Under the pieces are notes generated by a model. The model did no database searches and was not told the origin of the DNA. It was given only the letters and a program-made list of their open reading frames with translations. DNA of 63,461 nt, filler included, from Platydemus manokwari (lineage: Eukaryota), in assembly GCA_037951405.1 (NCBI GenBank). It is 5 parts of 5 records of this genome, joined end to end, with 100 filler letters (N's around TTAATTAATTAA, not from the genome) between each part and the next. Parts side by side here need not be neighbours in the genome. Positions count along the whole stretch, not along the records: positions 32,488 to 41,795 come from JBBMOY011267984.1; positions 41,896 to 52,318 come from JBBMOY011134773.1; positions 52,419 to 63,461 come from JBBMOY010951084.1; 2 more parts are not named here. One strand, given 5' to 3'. The position numbers and the translations under genes are program-made. Shown one piece after another: positions 41,340-53,515 of the stretch (positions are counted from its first letter, which is position 1; each line of letters starts with the position of its first letter).

Positions 41340-41795
41340 ATTCAAGATTTTTGGTTCTACCGTATCAGATTCCTGCAATTAAGTGATTGGAATCCAAATT
41401 TGACAATCTATTTCCTCCATCTGGGCAAAATTAAGATGCAAAACATTACTTAATAAATGGCGTTATTGTTCCAATTCCCGAGAATTTTTCAATGTGATTT
41501 TAAAAAGAAGAATTAAAATTTACTATTATTCTATGTCTCGGGTAAATATTAAATAATTAACGGGACGAGGAGTAGAAAATTAATGAATTAGTTATGGATA
41601 GGGATTTAATATTCCACAAAATCAATGTCAATGATCTTGAAATGTTTTTTATTTCTTGTGCCGGTTTAATCTTCATCCAGTTATTCTTCGTGTTTTTCAG
41701 TATTTGTATGTAAAAATAATGTGCTGGCAAACGAGCTTGTTGGCACGATTCTCATATAGACATTAAATTTCTTTGTCCAATTTTTCTACAAGATA
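41340..41795 (-). mobile_element. Possible LINE APE-endonuclease remnant
   Basis: LTLILWNIKSL and a later HLIAG motif resemble APE motif I and the GDFN motif; heavily degenerate. Confidence 0.3.
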
Positions 41796-41895
41796 NNNNN
41801 NNNNNNNNNNNNNNNNNNNNNNNNNNNNNNNNNNNNNNNTTAATTAATTAANNNNNNNNNNNNNNNNNNNNNNNNNNNNNNNNNNNNNNNNNNNN
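41796..41895. other. Artificial contig linker
   Basis: N44-TTAATTAATTAA-N44. Confidence 0.97.
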
Positions 41896-44598
41896 TTAAT
41901 TAGCGCCGGTAAATCAGCATTTAATATGATTGTGAAATTTATTACCATTTTTAAATGGAAATTTGGTTTTGATAGGTTGAAATGACTTATACCACTTTCA
42001 TAATCAAGGACTCATATCAATTATAAAAATGTAATCTTAATATCGGATATCAGTTTGCAAGTCAAAAATACCTCAGCAAAATAAAACCGCTGGATTCTTA
42101 AAAGACAATTGCTACTTGGACATATTAATTTACAGAATATTTACAGGAAATATGGACAAAAATCCACTAGGTCGGTCACGATTTTAAAAAATATATCATT
42201 AATTATAACATCGATATGCGACGACCTACTGATGACTTTCTTCTTTGATCAATGGGATCCAGAATAAAATTAGAAAAACATTTTATCATGTACATATTGA
42301 GTTGAAAAATCAAAAATAAATAATTAAATTAAAAATAAATATTTTGCAAATTGCCAATAAGGACAATAAATCTCCAAAATCAATAAATTCATTGGGCATT
42401 TGTTAGAGATTTTCATACATTTAAATACGAAATTGAATCAAAAAACATTCCAAAAACAAGCACCAGGCGTGAATAAATATCCAATCGTTTCCACTTATTT
42501 TTGGCGGAAATATAAAATAGCAATTTATGGGGAAGCACATTATCAATTATATAAGAAAAGAAAATTTTTCCATATTTTGTAGAAAATCAAGATTTCTCGT
42601 CTCAATCTCTAATAATAAAAACAAACAATTATATGCCCGACTGTCATGAATTTTAAATATAACAGCAGGACAACACAAATGGATATCAATTATTGATAAA
42701 TTATTATTTTTGTTTAAATGATATGATTTTGTCTCTCCAAAACGTTTTCACGACATTCATTCTCTCATCTCACATATGGTTAGAACATTTAATAATTAAT
42801 CAAAACTTGCATTGATATTGTGAACCGCTTTTTTTCTCAGAAATGTATTGGGCGAACTACTTTTGGATTTTGTTGGCATAATGAAATTGATTGCTTTCGG
42901 TCTGTTGGTTTTGGATAATTTTCGATAATCATGTTGCTTATTCTCTCTAAAATTATTCATGAAAAATAACTCGAAACCAATTGTCATTTATTCAACTTTG
43001 CCAACCGAAAATCACAAAGCAGTTCCGTTACATCGTGAAGTTGTCGGGTTTGAGGTTGAATATTAGAGACAAGTTGATAAGCCAATTGATTTTTATCCGT
43101 TGTGATTTCAGATAAATTGTATTTTTGCCTGATAACTTCGATCTGTGTCAATTTAAATTTGAAAAATAAATGAATGATTAATTCCAAATGTTTTCATATA
43201 TATATATATCGGGATTATTTTCCAATTCGTTATAACAATAGCAAAAAGATTTTCTACGTGATATTATGGAGAAGGAAACGATCGTGATTATAGCTTTGAC
43301 TGGCGATTATTTCAACAATCTGTCCACCAATAAACACATTTCAACTTTTCATATTAGAATAGGGCCTCAAATCGATTAATTTTATATCTATAACAGAGTT
43401 ATTTCATTCAACCTCTGGTAACTAGACAATAAGATGATACATATTTTGGTTAATAATGACCATATTCTCATGGATAAAAATCCAAATCTCAGCCATGAAA
43501 CCTATTATTATTCAAGGTATTATTCAAAGCTTAATTCTGCTCTAAATCTTTTGAATAAATGATAAGATGGCAAGATGAAATGAAAATATATGAAATAAAC
43601 AGTATGCTCTTGTTGATGATTTCGATGTGAATTACTTATATCATCAATAACTTAATGATAAAAGGTAGAATGTTTTCAGGAAAATATCGAGCTAATGATT
43701 AACTTGCTCAAGCTTGCGATGCTTTCAAGCTTCAATATCAATTAATGGTTCCAATTATATATTTGAATATCAATATGTTTCAAAGAAAATTGTTCTTATT
43801 AATATTCATTAAGGAGAGTTTGTATTTAACGATAAGAAAGACATTATTTGCACTTAATAAACAAATTGTGAGTTTGATATGTATTTGAATCCAGTGTCAT
43901 TCCTTAATATATTTTATACATAATTATTTATAGATATATTTTATATATAGCAAAATAAACCTAATACAATACAACTCTTGCTTTTTAATGATTTTTCTAA
44001 AGAATAAATCTAGCCATATATTCGGCCTATAATTCATCATGTATATTTTTCCATGCTTATAACCGGCAAAAATCCAATACTTTAAAATTTTAGGGTATTA
44101 AATGAAAAATAATAAATAATTATATTAATTTTAACAAGACAAACTTAGCGGTGATACGAAAATCTTTAAATGATATTGTAAATGGAAACAGAAGCAATAC
44201 ATCAGATCTTATATTATTCAAAGTAGTTCTTCAATAATTTTGGGAAAGATTTATTGATACACATTTATACATACACACACATATATATAATAAAACATTA
44301 TACACCCCATATCTTATCATTCTAGTGATAACAGAGGACAAATTTTACTATGTATGTGTGTGTTTGTATTTTATGGTTTTCTAAATTTCTGAAAACTTGA
44401 TTCATTTACAGTTCCATATCAGTTCCTTTAAATTCTATCATTTATATCATGTTTTTATTAGATTTAAAACCCACTCATAGCTCATCCTCGTGACAATGAA
44501 TCGAAAACAAGATATGATAAGTTGTTTTTAACAAAATCATATCAATAACACGATATTTTGGAAACTGATTCCAAATGAAATACAAATTCATCTTTGTC

Positions 44599-44641
<43 letters not shown>

Positions 44642-45302
44642 CATCGATCATACTTTCATCGAAGACAGTCTTATTCGAATCTTATAACAACTTATTTTAC
44701 TAAATGATGGACAAGTATAGAGAACGCTTGAAAAGGATGATTTCCATCGATGAACGCAGGAAAAATAGTAAAAAGTCAAAGTTAATATAACTTCTAGATG
44801 AGAGGGAGAATCTATCTAATCTTTTAAAGTAGAAAATAGTATCAAAAGAATACACAAAATCTCAGGAGATACGCGTTCCCAGTAGTGGCAGTTTACTGAA
44901 TTTATTATATATTGGTCTAGAGCTTCTCGGTCGCTGTTGGAGTAAAATCACTTATCAAACCCTACTTATAACTCTGATGATTGAAAATAGTTCAACTATT
45001 TCCGTTCGACAGAGACCACAACAATGTTCAAGCTTTAACTGTAGGAATATGAAAATATTTCATCAGTGTGCCTTTTTATATCAATAAATAATAGTAAAAT
45101 AATTCAACTGAATAAAATTGGCCAAATCTATCAATAAAAAGCTGATTAGGGATCATAGTTATCAATTAATGCATCAAATTATTGATTACTATTACAATTT
45201 GTATAGTTTAAAGGTTCCTTACGAATTTTTATCCTAAATTATAAAAATGTATACCTTATAACAATGATCATCTTAATTATCTCATTGGCGTTATCTCTAA
45301 TT

Positions 45303-46055
45303 TTACTGAATTGAACTTATTATCATTGAAATTATAGTGTGACAAAAAGAATAAATCCATATCTTAATAATGGTTAAATAATAAAAATCAACCTCATTTT
45401 TTTCTAATTGGTTAATACAATTATCAAGGCGTATATCAAAATTGAAAAATTTCTCCAAATCACTCTCATTTGACATGACTGATCGAACGACTTGCATGAA
45501 AAAGTTTACCATCGACAAATAAAAGCTATCGATCCATAAACGAGTGAAATATATAGCAAATATTTTATGTTCAGATGGTATTTTAAGAAATGGAAATTCT
45601 AAAATGAATTTCAATAGACATTCGCCAATAGAAAATTCTCACCAAACCAATCAATCCATTCCGTTTTATTGTTCAACATGTAAGAACCCATTGACTGGAA
45701 AAATAAGTTTATTTTATCATTTTTTTTGTTTTTAAAACATTCTACTAAAAATGCTTTAAACATATCTGATTTCATTGAATCAGCAGTTCTTTGTTTGTCA
45801 AAATCCAAAAACTTAAAATAAAGTATTTCATAATCCTTCCAAATTTTTATTAAAGAATCAAGATCATTAGACTGTATAGCTACTTGAATTAAATCAACGA
45901 AATAACGAGACTAAAGTAAAGCAATAAGATTTAAGTTTGCAAAAAAAGACCTTCTTTTTCGGTCGATCCACTCTTTCTTCTTCGGTGAAAGCATTTAAAG
46001 TTAATTTATAATCTTTTATAGTCAAAATCTGTTTAATATAACTTTTTTCATTCAT
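45303..46055 (-). CDS. WDR91 N-terminal-domain-like protein; 3' end uncertain
   Basis: Exons 46055-45951, 45910-45643, 45598-45303 (possible donor near 45392). ..NDLDSLIKIWKDYE..KNDKINLFFQ..TEWIDWFEFPFLKIPSEHKIFAIYFTRLWIDSFYLSMVNF aligns by eye to WDR91 [50 protein letters not shown]. Confidence 0.75.
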
Positions 46056-46741
46056 TTTCTGATTATTTTAAAAATCAAACAACCAATAACATATATTTAA
46101 ACAAAATGTACATAAAATAAAATTCTATAAAGTATTGCAAAGATAATGTCATTTTTAATTTTCTGCCTTTCCTAAATAAAATTTAAATTAGTAACTATAT
46201 ACACATTTAAACTTAAAATCAAGCAAATAATTCAGTTAAAGTGATAATTATCAAAGAAATATCATGAAGTAATTCATATATTCCTCAAATGGCACCTGCT
46301 TCATCACGATAAATCATATACATCTTTAAAAATTATATATTCAAATTATACACTAATTTTTTAATAGCTAATGCAATTCATAGGTAAAGTGAAAACTACA
46401 AAATTAACTTTAAAACCTAAATAATGTACGTAACTTGTGAAAAAATTTTCTGTTAAATTCAGAACTAACGATATCCATTGATATTTTCATTTACTCCTTA
46501 AATTGGTTGTAATTTAGAGGAGAATATTAAGTAAAATTGTTCTAAATTTAAAAATTTAAAGGAATTGTGAAAAATAAAATTAACCAACTTTAAAACAGGC
46601 ACAACCATAAAAAACTGTTTCATATTTTTATCGGATTATCAGTTTATTTCCAGTTTCAGACAAACGAAAATATCTCTACCACATTAATACCCTAAAATCC
46701 TTGAAACTAAAAGAATTTTAATTAGCGTTCAAATAAAATTT

Positions 46742-49700
46742 TTATTTTACTTGATCATTGATCTTGGTTAAATATTGCCATAATATTTCCCCACACTTAT
46801 TATTGTATGCCAATTCTGATGGTTGACATAAGCATCCATTATTAAAATATGTTCCGGAAAATTTTTTTATTGATGATGAAATGCAGCACAACAGTGGCGT
46901 TGAAGCAGCCTGGCTCTAAATCAAAGTTGGAATTTACAAACAACAATTGGTGTTTGAATACAAACTTAAATCTAAAAATGTTTATTTTTCAATAGATAAG
47001 CTCAAATAAAAAAATTATAAATTGCATAATGGAAGCAATTTTGTTTTGGAGCAAAACTCAACATAAGATGAATATTTATATTAATGGATAACTGAAAAGT
47101 TTTAAAGTTTGGAGGTTAAAACCATTTATTTCTATAGGCCGATAAAATGACGTCATAACTACACTAAAGTTTCAAGTACTTAAAAGCTTCATCTCTAAAC
47201 TATTTATTACGGTAGGAATATATTAATATTAACTGATGAGAAATTAACTGAATTTATTTAAGAGTATAATAAAGTTTAATGAAAAAATAAATTCAAACTA
47301 AAAATAAAGAACGATAGATGGTAAAAATATAAATATAATAATTATAAATAAAATTAATGAAAAGAGCATTCAAAAACTCCAATACATTGGTATTTAATCA
47401 TTGCAGAATACCAAAACTACTTTGCGCAGTAAATCGTGCAAAATTCCAATCTTTGGGATGCTATCTTACATGCAAAATGCCAACTAAATTCATCAAATAA
47501 GATTGTATTTAAAATTCATCAATTATTGACCATATAATGACCGATAGAATAATGCCTGATGATATAGCCAGAAAAGAGAATAAAAGAACTATTACAAATT
47601 CATAAATCACAAATTAATAGACCTTTAAATGCTAGATTTAATTTATAATTATAAACATATGATGCTTAGAATTTGTGAATTTTCGTGCCAACAAATCAAA
47701 GCACTCAAATAAAATTGTTATTTACTTCAAAATATATGTGGAAACTTGTGTAGACAAGTTATCCATATCTGTCGAGATATCCATTCACCAAACATTTCAT
47801 TTCTAGTAGATTCGATACCATAATCATTATTTAAGGCACGACATCTTTAACCTTAAAATCAGTAACATAATCAATAGCGAATTAATTTTCCATCGTTGTA
47901 ATATCGATCTATTATTGTATCTACATTTAATCGCTGTTGTTATCATTTGTTTTCAGTCTTATTGATTTACACAAATAAATTACAATTTGAAAAGAATCAA
48001 ATTATTGGTGGCGACATCCCAGTAATCTAATTCAATATTGGATGAAATAGAACTCGTGACCAATAACACAAGCAAAACCCCATCAAAATCTAAGATATTT
48101 TCATAACTAGGAACGGTTTTGACATCTTTAACCTTAAAATCAGTAACGCAATCAATAACGAATCATTTTCTATTATTGTATTATCGATCTATTATTGTAT
48201 CTACATTTAATCGCTGTTGTTATCATTTGTTTCCAGTCTTATTGATTTACACAGACAACTTATAATTTGAAAAGAATCAAATTATTGGTGACGACATGCA
48301 CGTAATCTAATCCAATATTACATGAAATAGAACTCGTGACCAATAATTAGGAACGGTTTTGACATTAATTATAAGCAGTGGAATAATTATTGTCAATCTA
48401 TTTCTCGCTGTTTCTGGTAAATATATTTCTTATAAATTACATGAGATCATTTTTCCAATCCATCTAGCCGAAACATGTTTAAATCATTTCTGATAGGAAT
48501 ATTAAAACTGATCAAAAAGTGTAATTTAAATATCTGATATTCGTAAGTGATGAATAGATTATCGATTATGGTGATATTAACCGAATTAGTCTCGGATTTT
48601 TTTTTATTATTATAAATGAAAAATGATTTGTAAGCAAATGCGATATTATTCAATACATAACCAAATAGATATAAATCAACCAATCAATTTACATCTTACC
48701 AAAGTTTTAGTAAATGGACTGAACAACCAAAACATTAGTCTGATAAACGAATGATATCTCGCAATATTCGTTCCATGAACAACATTTCCAGGATGACAAG
48801 CAAAAAACAATGGCCTACTATTACAATGGCGCAAATCCCATCGTTTTTTCGATTGGTTCACTAGAATAATTTTACACAAACTTGTCAACGAATAAACATG
48901 GAATCCATTGTAATCCATTAATGACGGTTGTAAATCGGTGGGTTTGAAATCTTTAACAGCTCTAAACAGCGTCTCATTTAATTGATAAATCATTGATAAT
49001 CAATCAACAACCTATGACTCTCACAAGTCAACCAAACCACTCTACATTCACACTGGGACAGAGCAAATGTCGACAAAAGAGTTTCTTGAATATAAAACTG
49101 AGATAAAACATTTATCTGAACCGATGATTCAAATCCATCACGTGTGATAACGAATGGAGGACACATAATCGCAGCACTAAAGACAATCATATTGGCATCA
49201 CTTGTTTTATTCAATACTAACTAGACAAACAAAACTTAATCAATAATTATTAAAACAAAACTTCAACATTGCAAAACATTTTGACCGATTGAAAACTGGT
49301 GAGGTCTAAATGAAAAATTGTTACAAAATCAATAAAGTATTCATGGCCTATTTTCATAATCAAATCAGAACTGCATTTTTTAATATCAGGACAACCCAAA
49401 ATAATCAGACAATTTTTCGATATTAGCTGGTGAACGATTTCCAAACCTATTCCAGAACAACCACCAATCACAATTGCCAATTTTGAAGATAGATTTGAAC
49501 CAATTATTACCTGATATAATGATAACATATTAATCATCGTGGTACTTCATTGATTAACATAAAATACATTTGTAAATATTATTTGTAAACTTACTATTTT
49601 CAATCTGCTTCCAATAATAAGTAATAAATAGATTATTATAATATATTTTTATCTTTATTAAGTGAAATTTAAAAAATTTTATTTTCTAAATTTTGGTTAA

Positions 49701-50018
49701 ATGAACTATTGTAATGAATTTACTTGCTCAGAAGTTGAAAATGAATCATATTTTTGAATAAATTTCTCCGATTTTTGTCTGGAACGATTGAAAGCACAGG
49801 ATTTATTATATTTGGTGTATTTTAACGAATCGTCATTATCAATGCTTAGTAATTTCATCGGTGAAATCATCTGTGTTGTATTGTTAATATGACTAATAAA
49901 ATTAAATAAATAGTTAATAAATTATCCTCAGTTACTTAATGTAAGTAGTCTGATCATTATTTAGACATTTTTCCCACCCTGGGGGCAATTCGCATTCAGA
50001 ATCAGTATCACTATCCAT
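46742..50018 (-). CDS. wwox: WWOX-like WW domain-containing oxidoreductase, about 381 aa, 6 exons
   Basis: Exons 50018-49936, 49892-49724, 49510-49262, 49220-49012, 48961-48700, 46915-46742, phase-consistent (1146 nt). Motifs DTDSECELPPGWE, GGCSGIG, LDLTSFQSVKMF, CESHR, HPGN, FSPFTKTLSQAASTPLLC, GTYFNN. Confidence 0.9.
47840..48365. repeat. Tandem duplication (about 225-bp core, period 281 bp) in the last WWOX intron
   Basis: GACATCTTTAACCTTAAAATCAGTAAC...GAAATAGAACTCGTGACCAATAA at 47840-48066 and 48121-48346. Confidence 0.9.
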
Positions 50019-50171
50019 TTAAATTTCAGATTCTTTAAACTTTAAAATATCGTAAAATTCAGTGATGAAAAACTTCAAACAATAACGCATTTATAATTTT
50101 AAAAAGCAAAATTTAAATAAATAATAACTGCGAAAAAACTATATTTGAATAAAAGGCATTTATTGAGCTCA

Positions 50172-51292
50172 TTAAAACATTTTACACAAATTTACATTAA
50201 TAACAGCATCTTGATATAACAGTTCAACCATTTCTGCCAGAATATTTTTGCTTTGTTTATTATTATCGGGAAACTGCTTATGTACATTTCTAATTAACAT
50301 TCTAGTATTATATAATTGCTCGCGTAACATTTGTAAATTTTCGGATAAATTATTCGTGATACACAGTTGGTTATTATATTGAAATATTTTACTTTCTACT
50401 TTCTCAGGGGAAATTTTTTGAGTAATCTATCAATAATATAAATCGTTATAAAAACATTAATTAATTTTACAAACCGTATAAATGTTTTCACATATATTAT
50501 AGAATTCACACCAATGAATAGCCCAATTTTCAGCTATTTTTTCATCACCTACGATTTGATCTTCAATATCATTTGTTCTCAATGATACAGCTGCTTTACA
50601 ACATTTACTAAATAATGAACCACTTGATAAATAAATATATTTCCTATATTGGTCATCGTTAATGTCATTCACTTTAAAGAAAATAGATTCAATGCTATCT
50701 CCGATACCGTTGGATATAAGATCGACAATCTGAAATAAATTATTACTTAAACATTAATTAACCAAGTATTACATTTGTATTCTGAAAATCAGCTAAAGCC
50801 TTAGAAACAGACGCCAAGAGATAATCTCCGCACAATGTAGCCATTTTATTACCAAATTGCATATCACAACTCCAATCACTTATTTTAGCTTTTGAATTAT
50901 TTTCAATATTAACCAAATCCCTTGTTAAAAAATAATAAAATATTGAATGTCAAAATAAAATTTTACCTGTGAATACGTAATGCTGCGTGAGCAGTTTCCA
51001 CAATCTCGGCCAAACTTCGCTGGTTAGCGTTAATACTGGAATATTGATTATTAAAACTTTTGGAAACTAGCAGAACTAAAAGACCACGAAGTTGAGATAC
51101 CCCATGCTTATCACCTATTAATGTTTTCGCAGTTTTTAATAAAGGATGCTGTGTGCCTACTAATTTTCTAACTTGAGATGCAACAAATGCCATCTCATCA
51201 CTAATTAAATAACGGATATTGATGAGAGAAGATGGGTAACAAACCACTTTTTCGGAACGACTAATTAATTTTTGCCAAGGTGTCTTCCACAT
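50172..51292 (-). CDS. pdss2: Decaprenyl-diphosphate synthase subunit 2 (PDSS2/DLP1), 4 exons
   Basis: Exons 51292-50967, 50920-50773, 50729-50475, 50426-50172. SEKVVCYPSS..LISDEM..QVRKLVGTQHPLLKTA..QLRGLLVLLVSK, QRSLAEIVE, MQFGNKMATLCGDYLLA; lacks DDxxD, as expected for subunit 2. AATAAA follows at about 50159-50164. Confidence 0.9.
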
Positions 51293-51501
51293 TAAAATAA
51301 TTGACTGCGTATTAAATCGTAATTAACTTCGACTTTTTTATTTTGAGAGTTTGTATTTCGTTTGGTAATATCAGAATCAGGTGTATTAGGTAAATATTCC
51401 GTTTTTATGTCAATATTTTCGAATTCTATTATGTCTGTTACCCAATCTTTATCGATGATGTCAATTAAATAACCAGGGAAAGTATAAGAAGCATCAGACA
51501 T
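51292..51501 (-). CDS. anapc13: Anaphase-promoting complex subunit 13-like, 69 aa
   Basis: GYLIDIIDKDWVTDIIEFENIDIKTEYLP aligns by eye with APC13 GRILDLIDDAWREDKLPYEDVAIPLNELP; size matches. A 5'UTR intron (51547-51502) ends right at the ATG. Confidence 0.75.
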   Translation of the reverse strand: MSDASYTFPGYLIDIIDKDWVTDIIEFENIDIKTEYLPNTPDSDITKRNTNSQNKKVEVNYDLIRSQLF

Positions 51502-52318
51502 CTAAATGTTAAATTAATTTTTTTTTAATCAACAACTAAAAACATACTTAAATTATGAAAGATAAGTATTTGTCTTATCAAATATATAAACAAAGAAATT
51601 TACCATATTAAATAATAAAATTTTAAAAATACAAATAATTATAAATAGCTATTTAAATTTTTTTATCTCATTTAGTTTTTAACATTAATTATAAATATGT
51701 CGTTTTCATTATAATATAAACTAATGAAAAAATATCTACAATTGCATCATTTTGACAAAAAACATTATTTGACCTTCTCTAAATTACCGTGTCTACGGTT
51801 TCGACCTCTCAAAACTTTATCAATTTTCTTATTAAATTTAATTTTATCTTTTGCATTTGTTTATGCATGTTTGTCATCTTCTAAAAACAGTATCCGCCTT
51901 ATACATTTGCATTGCTTCTACGATAGAACTCATTATGTTAGGAAAAAGCTTATCACCTTATTTTATTAAAGCGTCTAGTTATTTCAATATTAAATTATGA
52001 TTTTCATTTTTGGTTATTTGCAGTTACCAAAAGTTGTTTCTGTAAAATTGAATTTATGTTTTACTCAGTTTCATATTTGAGAAATTCTAATAATTCTTTC
52101 AGTTCTGAGTACTAATAAAGAAATTATTATACTTCTTGAGCTCGTACATAAATTCAATTTCAGATGAAAATTTGTTAGGAATAATTATCATGTTTTGTAG
52201 AACTGCTTAATATGTTTGAGCCAACACGTTAATTTAAGTAATATCAAATATAATTCTTGTATAATATAGTAGTATATTTGCTGGGTTATTGTTGTTCAAA
52301 GGCTGTTAATAAGCTCAA

Positions 52319-52418
52319 NNNNNNNNNNNNNNNNNNNNNNNNNNNNNNNNNNNNNNNNNNNNTTAATTAATTAANNNNNNNNNNNNNNNNNNNNNNNNNN
52401 NNNNNNNNNNNNNNNNNN
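52319..52418. other. Artificial contig linker
   Basis: N44-TTAATTAATTAA-N44. Confidence 0.97.
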
Positions 52419-53473
52419 ATATAATGTTCAGTATTTTAATCTTGTTAAAATCATTAATCGTTAAAATCATTAATCTGACCTATTGAATTATTATTAAATT
52501 TGTGTGCCTCCAATATTTTTATTTTATGATTCCATTAATCCTATCGATAAGTTAATGAAATCCAGAAAAATGAAGATATTGAGAGAACTGACAACCTATA
52601 TTGCACAATCTACACTCGATACTATGGAGAGAGAAATATAATTTTAAATAAGTAATTTTAACATGAGTTACCTGATATTTGAAATATACATATGATCAAT
52701 AGTTGGGGTTTGAAGTTTGAACTTTAGTTCTCGTTCGTAATACTTTAACAGAATAACTTGAACCGTATTTATGGCTTTTATTTTTATATAAAAATAATAA
52801 GGTCATTGTTGGTAAACAGATTTTCTAGACATGAAATGTATGCTTATTTGTTATCTGACATAAATTTATTAAAATTTTCAATGTAGTTCAACCTTAAATT
52901 TAAAATATTTATTTAAATTTGGTTTTAACACACACACGCATATATATACTCAATGATCTATTTATTTTAGAATGTCATTCAGTTCAAACTACTGTTTTGA
53001 TCGAAAAATAAAATGGCTTCACAATCTATGATAATGATCTTCTCATGATCTTCTTACCAATATATTACAATTGACTCAGAATGTATATTTATGTACACAT
53101 TCGGTATATAGAGATTATTAATATATATTAATGATTCCTTGATTGTCAGAAATATTTTGTCTTTTCTACCAAACATTTGTATGGCTGAATAAATACTAAT
53201 AAAATACTGAATATAAATGAATATAAATGTATTTGAAAATATATAAAATTTCAATAGATTAATAATGTTTTTTCGCTTTATATTGATGTATTAAATTATT
53301 CACTGGAATCGATGAATTCAATGAATTAATACAATCATCGTGGTGAAATTTAGTTTTTGAGAAAAATAAAACATAAATGGTGTTTTGTATGGTGCAGTGA
53401 ATATATAATGACATATAATATACTAAATATTAATGTTAATGTAATAAGAAGTCCGTAAAATGATAATCTATAT

Positions 53474-53515
53474 CAGTGGTTTTCAACATTTTAGCTGGCG
53501 AGGAACCTCACGGAA
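53474..53515 (+). mobile_element. Solitary hAT-type terminal repeat
   Basis: CAGTGGTTTTCAAC resembles the terminus of the element at 58788; no partner end found. Confidence 0.35.
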
